Of a DNA stretch of 51,885 nt, positions 1 through 8,342 are shown piece after piece; the first letter of the stretch is position 1, and each line of letters starts with the position of its first letter. Position numbers and translations under genes: made by a program. The notes under the pieces were generated by a model. It saw only the letters and a list, made by a program, of their open reading frames with translations, searched no databases and was not told where the DNA came from. The DNA lies in NCBI GenBank assembly GCA_038322655.1, contig JBBQGD010000003.1:1-51885 (forward strand). Reading direction: 5' to 3'. This stretch comes from Bacteroidales bacterium. Lineage in GTDB: Bacteria > Bacteroidota > Bacteroidia > Bacteroidales > UBA4417.

Positions 1-149
1 TTGAGACCTGGGTTGTGAACTGTGCCACGCTGTCTGATGATGATGTTACCGGCCTGGGCGAATTGTCCGCCATATATTTTCACACCAAGACGCTTGGAAT
101 GTGATTCGCGTCCGTTTGATGAACTACCGGCACCTTTTTTGTGAGCCAT
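1..149 (-). CDS. rpmA: 50S ribosomal protein L27 (3' part outside window)
   Basis: Manual translation from ATG at 149: [42 protein letters not shown]..., the L27 signature; follows rplU. Not in the ORF track because it runs off the edge. Confidence 0.98.
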   Translation of the reverse strand, partial: MAHKKGAGSSSNGRESHSKRLGVKIYGGQFAQAGNIIIRQRGTVHNPGL

Positions 150-181
150 ATCGTTTGAATATTATGAGTTACACTTAAAAA

Positions 182-493
182 TTATGCGTTTATCGCTTCG
201 ATTTTTACCTGGGTCAGATTCTGGCGGTGGCCACTTTCCTTCTGGTATCCTTTACGGCGTTTTTTCTTGAAGATTTTCACTTTATCACCACGAAGGTGAG
301 CCAGTATGGTTGCTGAAACTTTAGCGCCTTCAACAAGTGGAGTGCCAATTGTTACAGTGCCTTCGTTATCCAAAAGCAATACTTCGCTGAATTCAACTGT
401 CGAACCTGCTTCACCCTGGAGGCGGTTCACATAAAACTTCTGATCTTTTGCAACTTTAAACTGCTGCCCGGCTATATCTACTATCGCGATCAT
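182..493 (-). CDS. rplU: 50S ribosomal protein L21
   Basis: MIAIVDIAGQQFKV...KKKRRKGYQKESGHRQ signature; rplU-rpmA order. Confidence 0.98.
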   Translation of the reverse strand: MIAIVDIAGQQFKVAKDQKFYVNRLQGEAGSTVEFSEVLLLDNEGTVTIGTPLVEGAKVSATILAHLRGDKVKIFKKKRRKGYQKESGHRQNLTQVKIEAINA

Positions 494-530
494 TTTATAC
501 TATTGTGTGTTTTGTCCGTTAAATGGAGCG

Positions 531-538
531 CAAAATTA
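531..538 (-). promoter_or_regulatory. Bacteroidota sigmaA -7 box for rplU-rpmA
   Basis: TAATTTTG on minus strand matches TAnnTTTG, about 38 nt upstream of the rplU ATG. Confidence 0.75.
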
Positions 539-699
539 CGAAAATATTGATACGAAAACGCATGTAGGTCAAAATTTTACAACTTTTTTTTATAATGTTT
601 CTAATATGGGGATTAATTTTGTGATAAGCAAGGATTTTGTAAGGTTTTAAGGATTAGTGGATATGATTTTTTGCTTTTTACAGACAGATCAATCCTTAC

Positions 700-730
700 C
701 TATTCACTATTCATTCTTCACTATTCACTC
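700..730. repeat. Heptamer tandem array (CTATTCA)
   Basis: CTATTCA CTATTCA TTCTTCA CTATTCA at 700-727, overlapping the stop of the 721..1050 ORF. Confidence 0.8.
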
Positions 731-1050
731 TTTTTCCTGAAACTTCTTATAACCAATACTTGTATTACCTTTAATGCTATTCGGGTAAGCATGCTGTTTC
801 GGTAGCGTGGCGGCAGAAAGCGAAAAATAATCTCATTGGCAATATCGAGTATGGAAAGGACTTTGCTGTTTCTTTCCGGCGTATATGGAAGGATTTCGTT
901 GCCGATAATTTCAGGGAAGTTATTCCTTAATTCATCGAATTTAAGACTTATAAGCTTTTCCTGTTTGGCACACAAAGCCTGTAGTTCATGTTTTTCATCA
1001 ATCAGATTCTGGAGATTTTTCATGTTATTAGTTGGCTTGCTCATCGTCAT
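721..1050 (-). CDS. Hypothetical protein, third gene of YtxH/holin-like triplet (start may be 1044 or 1023)
   Basis: N-terminal coiled coil, hydrophobic/basic C-terminus; overlaps the end of the upstream gene. Confidence 0.75.
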   Translation of the reverse strand: MTMSKPTNNMKNLQNLIDEKHELQALCAKQEKLISLKFDELRNNFPEIIGNEILPYTPERNSKVLSILDIANEIIFRFLPPRYRNSMLTRIALKVIQVLVIRSFRKKSE

Positions 1051-1399
1051 CCTCCTTTCCTAGTAGTTCACCGATAATTCGTTCAATAAGAAATTTTTCC
1101 AGCAGATCTTTTTTAAATACCAGTAAAAGCACAAAGAGTATTAAATATAATCCAGTTACTGCAAGAAATCCCAAGGTATAACTATCATTGAAAAGTTTGG
1201 ACAGGTAAAAGCCCACGGTCAAACTAAGGAAAAATAAAAGAAAGAAACCAAGCAATGCAACTACCAGGGATGAGAACAGCACGGCTGTTACCTTTGCCGA
1301 CTTTTCAAAGGTTTCAAGTTTTAACAGTTTGAGCCGGGCATCAAAGTACTCAGTTATAAGTTGCTTAAGTTCACTGATCACAGAAGATTTTTCGATCAT
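1028..1399 (-). CDS. Phage-holin-family (YqjE-like) two-TM membrane protein
   Basis: EYFDARLKLLKLE motif followed by two hydrophobic helices; 4 nt downstream of the YtxH-like gene. Confidence 0.8.
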   Translation of the reverse strand: MIEKSSVISELKQLITEYFDARLKLLKLETFEKSAKVTAVLFSSLVVALLGFFLLFFLSLTVGFYLSKLFNDSYTLGFLAVTGLYLILFVLLLVFKKDLLEKFLIERIIGELLGKEDDDEQAN

Positions 1400-1403
1400 G
1401 GCT

Positions 1404-1643
1404 TCAGGATTTAGGTTCTATGTCCGTTTCCGGTTCGGAATTATCAGTACTAAAAGCATCAAAAATGTCTTTTACTGTTCCCAAGCTGTTGTTGAAAGCC
1501 TTCTTTAGGCTGGCAGCCCCTTCTTTCAGATCATCAACCAGTTCGTCTTTTTTATCGGAGTTCAGAAAATACCCGACGGCAGTACCAACAGCTGCACCTG
1601 CCAGGAAAGCCAGAAGTAGTTTGCTGCTATTTTTATCACTCAT
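1404..1643 (-). CDS. YtxH-domain protein
   Basis: MSDKNSSKLLLAFLAGAAVGTAVGYF glycine-zipper anchor then charged helix; ATG 1643 preferred to 1700. Confidence 0.8.
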   Translation of the reverse strand: MSDKNSSKLLLAFLAGAAVGTAVGYFLNSDKKDELVDDLKEGAASLKKAFNNSLGTVKDIFDAFSTDNSEPETDIEPKS

Positions 1644-1881
1644 AATTATAACTTTATAAAGTAAAAACAAATATAACACAAAATGCGATTGATCATTCAT
1701 TTGATTTTTAGATGTTATATATTAGTGGTAAGCAGATAGCGGATCAAATATTGTTAATCCCAGTCAGAGAACATAAATTCTTCTTAATAATGCGTAATGA
1801 ATACTTCATATTCAATTATTTACGTTTTATTTCCGAAAGTCTCATTTTCAATCGTAATTTTATCCTTTAAATTCTGAATTT

Positions 1882-3309
1882 ATGTCTTCAAATCTATCCT
1901 TCGAAATATACTGTGCCGGAAAATTCATTACAACGACTGTAATGCATGTTGTTACTAATCCATACGATGGGAGCGTGGTTGCGACTACTTTCCTTGCGGG
2001 TGACACCGAACTGGATAACGCAATTCAGGCAGCTGCTTCAGTATTGGAAGAACTGCAAAGTGTTCCATCGTATACCAGGTATAGCATTCTGAATCAGATA
2101 AGTGAAGAGTTGTTTTCACTACGTCAGCAGTTTGCCGAACTTATTACGCTCGAATCGGGAAAGCCTATAAGGTATGCATTGGCTGAAGTGGATCGCTCTA
2201 TTCAGACGTTTACTGTTGCTGCCGAAGAAAGTAAGCGATTACCAAAAGAATATGTAAGCCTCGACTGGACACCTGCAGGTACCGGGAAAGAAGGGCTTGT
2301 AAAATATTTTCCTATTGGAATTGTAGCTGGGATTGCGCCTTTTAATTTCCCGCTTAACCTGGCGGTACACAAAATTGCACCGGCCATCGCCGCTGGATGC
2401 CCGATTATATTGAAGCCATCGAGTTTAACTCCTTTATCAACTTTAATGCTGGCGCAGATCATCAACCAGACAGCTTTACCGAAAGGCGCCGTTTCCATTT
2501 TGCCCATGAACAGGGAAACCGGTAACAAATTAGTAACTGACGATCGTATTAACCTTCTTTCGTTTACAGGTTCACCAGTTGTAGGATGGAAAATGAAACG
2601 CGATGCCGGAAATAAAAAAGTAGTTCTTGAATTAGGTGGCAATGCCGGCGTAATTGTTTCTCATGGTGCTGATTTGGACTCGGCGGTTACCAAATGCGTG
2701 GCGGGCGGTTTTTCGTATTCCGGGCAGGTTTGCATTCATACCCAGCGCATTTATGTTTTGCGCGACTTATTTGAATCTTTTACCGAAAAGTTTGTAGAAA
2801 AAGTGAAACTGTTAAAGACAGGTAATCCGATAGATCCAACAACAGACATAACAGTTATGATTGATGAGGCAAATGCCGAACGAGTTGAAAACTGGATAAA
2901 TGAAGCAGTAAAGGATGGAGCCGGAATACTTACCGGAGGCAAAAGGCAAAAAAGTTTTATGCCGCCAACTGTTTTGACAAATACAAAAGAGTCTATGCAG
3001 GTTTGTGCTGCTGAAGTTTTCGGACCTGTTGTAGTGATCGAACCTGTCGGCACATTTTCTGAAGCAATTAAACATATAAATTCGGGTCGGTTTGGGCTAC
3101 AGGCGGGAGTGTTTACCGACAGCATCAGTGAAATGAACATGGCTTTTGACCAGATAAAGGTTGGCAGCGTTATTATTAATGATGTGCCTACTTTCAGAGT
3201 TGATCATATGCCTTATGGTGGAATTAAAGACTCCGGATCAGGTCGCGAAGGGGTAAAATATGCTATTCTGGATATGATGGAGCCCAGGCTTTTAGTGAAG
3301 AATTGCTGA
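1882..3309 (+). CDS. NAD(P)-dependent aldehyde dehydrogenase (GapN/lactaldehyde-DH-like)
   Basis: PFNFP, FTGS, LELGGN, catalytic Cys in GQVC, EVFGP, MPYGGIKDSG. Confidence 0.95.
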   Translation: MSSNLSFEIYCAGKFITTTVMHVVTNPYDGSVVATTFLAGDTELDNAIQAAASVLEELQSVPSYTRYSILNQISEELFSLRQQFAELITLESGKPIRYALAEVDRSIQTFTVAAEESKRLPKEYVSLDWTPAGTGKEGLVKYFPIGIVAGIAPFNFPLNLAVHKIAPAIAAGCPIILKPSSLTPLSTLMLAQIINQTALPKGAVSILPMNRETGNKLVTDDRINLLSFTGSPVVGWKMKRDAGNKKVVLELGGNAGVIVSHGADLDSAVTKCVAGGFSYSGQVCIHTQRIYVLRDLFESFTEKFVEKVKLLKTGNPIDPTTDITVMIDEANAERVENWINEAVKDGAGILTGGKRQKSFMPPTVLTNTKESMQVCAAEVFGPVVVIEPVGTFSEAIKHINSGRFGLQAGVFTDSISEMNMAFDQIKVGSVIINDVPTFRVDHMPYGGIKDSGSGREGVKYAILDMMEPRLLVKNC

Positions 3310-3419
3310 TTATTCCATTTTAGCTCCAGTAATATAAGTAACCGGAAGTGATGTAAATATAACTAATTAACCTGACTAGTGTCAGTAATCCTCATCCTTT
3401 TTCTTTTCCCCAAAAGCAG

Positions 3420-3427
3420 TACCTTTG
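3420..3427 (+). promoter_or_regulatory. sigmaA -7 box directly before ABC-F ATG (probable leaderless mRNA)
   Basis: TACCTTTG-CCGCCT-ATG. Confidence 0.7.
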
Positions 3428-3433
3428 CCGCCT

Positions 3434-5377
3434 ATGATTTCAGTCAGTAACCTTTCAGTACATTTTACCGGCGATTACCTGTTCAGCAACGTGAGTTTCC
3501 TGATAGGCGACCGCGATCACATCGGCCTTGTAGGTCGCAACGGTGCCGGTAAAACCACGCTGATGCGCATTATTGCCGGGATGCAGGAGCCTGAAGGCGG
3601 AGTTGTTGCAAGTCCGTCGGGAAGTACAGTCGGGTACCTGCCACAGGAAATGGCCACCGGCAGCAGGCTGAATGTATTACAGGAAGCAATGACTGCTTTC
3701 GAAGAGGCTCGGCATCAGCACCATTTGATGGATAAATTTTCTGCTGAACTAGCCGAACGCACCGATTATGAAAGTGAATCCTATTCAAAGCTGATTCAGC
3801 GACTTAACGAAGCAACCGATCGTTTCCATCTGCTTGGCGGACAGAATATGCAGGAAGATGCTGAAAAGGTGTTGAAAGGACTTGGCTTTGAACCGATAGA
3901 ATTTGAAAGACCACTCAGCACGTTCAGCGGTGGCTGGCAAATGCGTGTTGAACTGGCAAAAATCCTTCTTAAAAAACCTGATGTAATCCTTCTCGATGAG
4001 CCAACGAACCATTTGGATATTGAATCTATTCAATGGCTTGAAGATTTTCTGATCACTTACAGCGGCTCTGTGGTATTGGTTTCGCACGACAGGGCCTTCC
4101 TCGATAATGTGACCAACCGCACCATCGAAATTATGAATGCCCGGATTTACGATTATAAAGCCGGTTATTCAAGGTATATTGAGTTGCGTGAGGAACAAAT
4201 GGAATTGCAAAAGGCAGCTTTTGATAACCAACAGTCGGAAATAGCACAAATAGAGAGTTTTGTCGAACGGTTCAGGTATAAAGCTTCCAAGGCAAGGCAG
4301 GTTCAGTCGCGTATCAAATTGCTAGATAAAATGGAACGTGTGGAAGTGGATGATCCGAATTCGTCAGCAATCCATTTTTTATTCCCTCCGGCGCCTTCAT
4401 CTGGAAGAGTAGTGGTTGAATGCAAGGATCTTACAAAACGTTATGGCGAAAAACTGGTTCTGGACAAACTGGATCTGGCGATTGAAAAAGGAGATTTTGT
4501 GTCTTTCGTGGGTCGGAATGGAGAAGGAAAAACAACCCTGGCTAAGATCATTGTCGGGGGTCTTGATCATGAAGGTTTATGCAAATTAGGTCACAATGTG
4601 AAAATCGGTTACTATGCCCAAAACCAGGCTGAGCTTCTTAATCCTGAAAAGACAGTTTTCGAAACTATTGATGATGTAGCTACAGGCGAAATCCGGACAA
4701 AAATCAGGAATATACTCGGTAGTTTCCTGTTTGGCGCCGATGCCATCGATAAAAAAGTAAAAGTGCTTTCGGGAGGCGAAAAGGCACGGCTGGCACTTGC
4801 AAAATTATTGCTAGTTCCTGTTAACCTTCTGGTCCTCGATGAGCCAACCAACCATCTGGATATGGTTAGCAAGGACATTCTGAAAAATGCGCTGCTGAGG
4901 TATGATGGTACCTTGATCGTTGTTTCGCACGATCGTGATTTCCTTCAGGGATTAACAGATAAAATATTTGAGTTCCGCAACAGGCATATAAAAACCTGGC
5001 TTTGCGATATCAATGAATTTATAAAAGCACGAAAACTGGCTAACCTCGCACAACTCGAAGCGCGGAAGATCGAAGAACAGAAATCGGGCGTAAACATATC
5101 GGGCAACAAGCTCAATTATGAAAAACGCAAGCAACTGGAGCGCGAAATCCGCAAGCAAGCTTCGAAAGTGGAAAAAGCTGAGCAGGAAATTGAAACTATA
5201 GAAAACGAAATTGCCCGTTATGACCAATTGCTTGCCAATCCGGATACACATAAAGACACAGCAAAAAGCATCCGTTTATTCCAGGAATACCAGGCGCTGA
5301 AAAAGAAACTGGAATTAAAAATGGAAGCCTGGGAACTGGCGCATACAGAGTTGGAAGCGATGGAGAAAGAAAGTTAA
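3434..5377 (+). CDS. ABC-F family ribosome-associated ATPase with C-terminal coiled coil
   Basis: Two NBDs (GRNGAGKT/FSGGW/DEPTNHLD; GRNGEGKT/LSGGE/DEPTNHLD), no TM segments; ATG 3434 preferred because TTG 3425 lies in the promoter box. Confidence 0.95.
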   Translation: MISVSNLSVHFTGDYLFSNVSFLIGDRDHIGLVGRNGAGKTTLMRIIAGMQEPEGGVVASPSGSTVGYLPQEMATGSRLNVLQEAMTAFEEARHQHHLMDKFSAELAERTDYESESYSKLIQRLNEATDRFHLLGGQNMQEDAEKVLKGLGFEPIEFERPLSTFSGGWQMRVELAKILLKKPDVILLDEPTNHLDIESIQWLEDFLITYSGSVVLVSHDRAFLDNVTNRTIEIMNARIYDYKAGYSRYIELREEQMELQKAAFDNQQSEIAQIESFVERFRYKASKARQVQSRIKLLDKMERVEVDDPNSSAIHFLFPPAPSSGRVVVECKDLTKRYGEKLVLDKLDLAIEKGDFVSFVGRNGEGKTTLAKIIVGGLDHEGLCKLGHNVKIGYYAQNQAELLNPEKTVFETIDDVATGEIRTKIRNILGSFLFGADAIDKKVKVLSGGEKARLALAKLLLVPVNLLVLDEPTNHLDMVSKDILKNALLRYDGTLIVVSHDRDFLQGLTDKIFEFRNRHIKTWLCDINEFIKARKLANLAQLEARKIEEQKSGVNISGNKLNYEKRKQLEREIRKQASKVEKAEQEIETIENEIARYDQLLANPDTHKDTAKSIRLFQEYQALKKKLELKMEAWELAHTELEAMEKES

Positions 5378-5380
5378 GAA

Positions 5381-5511
5381 ATTTACCATTTACGATTTCG
5401 GATTTACGAAGTACAAATGTTCAGATTTTTATTATTACCCGGAATTACAAAATGACCTGATCAAATAAATATACGAATCATGATAATCCTAAATCGTCAT
5501 TCGTAAATCGC
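5381..5511. repeat. Inverted pair of heptamer arrays (ACGATTT/ACGAAGT family) between convergent genes
   Basis: Left ATTTACC ATTTACG ATTTCGG ATTTACG AAGTACA; right AAATCGT CATTCGT AAATCGC. Confidence 0.75.
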
Positions 5512-5528
5512 ACCTGTCAATTTTTCAT

Positions 5529-6206
5529 TTAATTCATTTTCCAATTATTATACTCACGTATAATGTTTTCCATATCCTTTGGTATACCCTTATATCCCTC
5601 AGTTTTATTAAGAATTTTCCCGGCAAGTTCGGGATCATCAGCTACGTATGCCGACATTTTTTTTGCAAATTTCATCAGGAATTTAACACTTGTGATTTCA
5701 GTAAACTCTCCGTTCTCTTTTCGGCCAAATACATTGGTCCACAGTTCATCTTCATTGAACAGAAATGCACTAGCTAGTTCAGCTAACGAAATATCAGGCG
5801 ACATCAGTTTACTCCGGTCCTCGTCATAATACCAAACAAACAGATCAATTGGTCCATGAACTTTTCGGAGAATAAAGTTCTGCTTATGGCTGCTAAAGCT
5901 GAAAATATAGTCCATACTTTCATAATAGCGATTACCTACCTGGTAGGCTTTAATATCTTTAGCCTTGTATTTCACCCTTCCTTTAAAGTCGGTTGAATCA
6001 GTATAGTAAAAGGTCATCATTTGATTTAACCAGAGATTGATATTCAGCAGGTAGCCTTTTACAGTATCTCCTTCATGGGTAATAATAAAACCGGGATAGA
6101 TGCTTCCTCGTTTGAGTGAATCCGGTGCCTTTGTTTCCTGAGCAACTGCCGGTATCAACAAGCCGGCCAGCAAGAAACAGATACAAAATTGAATTGCTGT
6201 TTTCAT
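5529..6206 (-). CDS. Hypothetical exported protein
   Basis: Signal peptide (MKTAIQF...PAVAQ); PGFIITHEGDTVKGY resembles the G-x-I-x-x-x-GDT-x-x-G motif of many Bacteroidota exported proteins. Confidence 0.8.
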   Translation of the reverse strand: MKTAIQFCICFLLAGLLIPAVAQETKAPDSLKRGSIYPGFIITHEGDTVKGYLLNINLWLNQMMTFYYTDSTDFKGRVKYKAKDIKAYQVGNRYYESMDYIFSFSSHKQNFILRKVHGPIDLFVWYYDEDRSKLMSPDISLAELASAFLFNEDELWTNVFGRKENGEFTEITSVKFLMKFAKKMSAYVADDPELAGKILNKTEGYKGIPKDMENIIREYNNWKMN

Positions 6207-6370
6207 GGCTGATTTTTTTGGCAGGGACTAAGTTACGGAAAAGTCAGCCGTTTTGCAAGAAGAGAGGTTGATAATAAAGGATTTACTATTTCTGAATTGT
6301 AATTTCGGATCTCAGATATGTATTTTCTGCAATTTCCAATATGATATCTCATTTTTAATATACACTTTCG

Positions 6371-6426
6371 GAAATCCGAAATCAAAAATCCGCATTCCGA
6401 AATCGCAAATCCGGAATCTCAATTAC
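6371..6426. repeat. Heptamer tandem array (GAAATCC family)
   Basis: GAAATCC GAAATCA AAAATCC GCATTCC GAAATCG CAAATCC GGAATCT CAATTAC, right after the polyprenyl synthase stop; weaker inverted arm near 6294-6325. Confidence 0.85.
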
Positions 6427-6430
6427 CCGG

Positions 6431-7402
6431 TCAATTCTCCCTCTCCATAAGCCACGAAGCATATTCACTCAGCGATTCCATAGCTTCAACAGACAAGCTG
6501 ATTCTTGATAATTCGTGGAGGGCTTTCTGGTAATAATCATCAATCAATTTTCGGGTATGTTGTTCAATATCAAGCTGATTAAAAAATTCCTTTACTTTCG
6601 TAACTTTTTCATCAGTGTCGATATTGCCTGAAGTATAGAGAGAATGAAAATATTCTGAGTTATTCCCTGCCGATTCAAGTGCTTTCAGGTAGAGATAGGT
6701 CTTTTTTCCTGCAATAATATCGCCCCCACAAACTTTCCCGAATTTTTCCTGGTCACCGTATACATCCAATAAGTCGTCTTTCAATTGAAAAGCCAGGCCG
6801 ATATTGATGCCGAAATCATAAATATGATTGCAATCAACTGCTCCGGCACCTGCAATAATTGCTCCGGTTTTAAGGCTGGCAGCCAGAAGAACAGCTGTTT
6901 TCAGTTTGATCATTTCAATATAATCAGGTATGGAAACATTCTGCTGTTTTTCATAGTCCATATCATATTGTTGCCCTTCACAGACTTCAATTGCAGTTTG
7001 GTTGAACAGCTCAATAACCTGTGAAATAGCCTGTGGCCTGGTACGCAACATATATTTATTCGCCAAAGCAAACATGGTATCGCCGGCTAAAATGGCAACA
7101 TTTGAATTCCATTTTTTATAAACTGATTCTTTGCCGCGTCTCAACGGTGCCTCGTCCATAATGTCATCGTGGAGTAATGTAAAGTTGTGGAACAGCTCAA
7201 TGCCGATGGCAGGATTAATGGCATCGTCCAGTTCACCACCAAACATCTGGCAGGAAGCAAGTACCAGCAATGGCCTGAGACGTTTACCGCCAAGGCCAAG
7301 AGTGTAGGTAATAGGATTATAAAGATCAGCAGGAGACGCGGGAAAACGTATCGCGCTGAAAGCTTCATCAATACGAAGCTGAAGATCTTCAATTGTGTTC
7401 AT
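6431..7402 (-). CDS. ispA: Short-chain polyprenyl diphosphate synthase (FPP/GGPP synthase)
   Basis: GGKRLRP, FARM HNFTLLHDDIMD + RRG, GQQYDM, KT, SARM FQLKDDLLD; Phe five residues before FARM indicates a short product. Confidence 0.9.
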   Translation of the reverse strand: MNTIEDLQLRIDEAFSAIRFPASPADLYNPITYTLGLGGKRLRPLLVLASCQMFGGELDDAINPAIGIELFHNFTLLHDDIMDEAPLRRGKESVYKKWNSNVAILAGDTMFALANKYMLRTRPQAISQVIELFNQTAIEVCEGQQYDMDYEKQQNVSIPDYIEMIKLKTAVLLAASLKTGAIIAGAGAVDCNHIYDFGINIGLAFQLKDDLLDVYGDQEKFGKVCGGDIIAGKKTYLYLKALESAGNNSEYFHSLYTSGNIDTDEKVTKVKEFFNQLDIEQHTRKLIDDYYQKALHELSRISLSVEAMESLSEYASWLMEREN

Positions 7403-7412
7403 TATCCGGTGT

Positions 7413-8279
7413 TTATTCTCTTTCAGGCAGTTTCATGAGGTAATCGCCGTAGCCGCTTTTAAGCAGCGGAGTGGCAATTTTTTCCAGTTGGACCCTGTCA
7501 ATAAAGCCATTCCGATATGCTAATTCTTCAATGCAGCCTATTTTCAAACCCTGGCGTTCTTCGATAACCTGCACAAACTGTGATGCCTGTATCAGTGAAG
7601 CAAAAGTGCCGGTATCGAGCCAGGCTGTGCCACGGCTCAATATGCCGACCTTAAGTTTCCCCTGTTCCAGGTAGTAACGGTTTACATCAGTTATTTCATA
7701 TTCGCCCCGGGGACTTGGCATGATGTTTTTTGCAACTTCAACCACGCTATTGTCATAAAAATACAATCCCGGAACAGCATAATTTGATTTTGGCTGTTTT
7801 GGTTTTTCCTCAATGGATATTGCTTTTTGATTCTGATCGAATTCTACAACCCCGTAACGTTCAGGATCAGATACATGGTAAGCATACACTACTCCTCCAT
7901 CAGGATCATTGTTTTCCTGGATCAGTTTCTGTAAACCCGTACCATAAAAAATATTGTCACCCAATATAAGTGCAACTTTATCTTTACCAATAAACTTTTC
8001 GCCGATAACAAAAGCCTGTGCCAATCCGTTTGGAATCACCTGTTCAGCATATTTGAATGAACAACCCAACTCAGATCCGTCACCGAGAAGTTTCTCAAAA
8101 TTAGGCAGGTCGAACGGTGTGCTTATGATGAGTATTTCGCGGATACCAGCCATCATCAATACTGACAAGGGATAATAAATCATGGGTTTATCATAAATTG
8201 GCATCAGCTGCTTACTTACAGCTAAGGTAAGAGGATGCAACCGGGTGCCGGAACCGCCGGCAAGGATAATGCCTTTCAT
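7413..8279 (-). CDS. rfbA: Glucose-1-phosphate thymidylyltransferase
   Basis: [52 protein letters not shown]. Confidence 0.97.
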   Translation of the reverse strand: MKGIILAGGSGTRLHPLTLAVSKQLMPIYDKPMIYYPLSVLMMAGIREILIISTPFDLPNFEKLLGDGSELGCSFKYAEQVIPNGLAQAFVIGEKFIGKDKVALILGDNIFYGTGLQKLIQENNDPDGGVVYAYHVSDPERYGVVEFDQNQKAISIEEKPKQPKSNYAVPGLYFYDNSVVEVAKNIMPSPRGEYEITDVNRYYLEQGKLKVGILSRGTAWLDTGTFASLIQASQFVQVIEERQGLKIGCIEELAYRNGFIDRVQLEKIATPLLKSGYGDYLMKLPERE

Positions 8280-8342
8280 AGACTATCAGTTAAATTAGGC
8301 TGAGTGATTAAAAAGTACTAAAACTAAGTATTTGAGATGGTA

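Noticed and set aside
1028-1399. Holin-family gene as evidence of a prophage
   Set aside because: No endolysin, integrase or structural genes; the family is commonly chromosomal.
6253-6450. 65-aa plus-strand ORF (PKSKIRIPKSQIRN)
   Set aside because: The peptide pattern is just the translation of the heptamer array.
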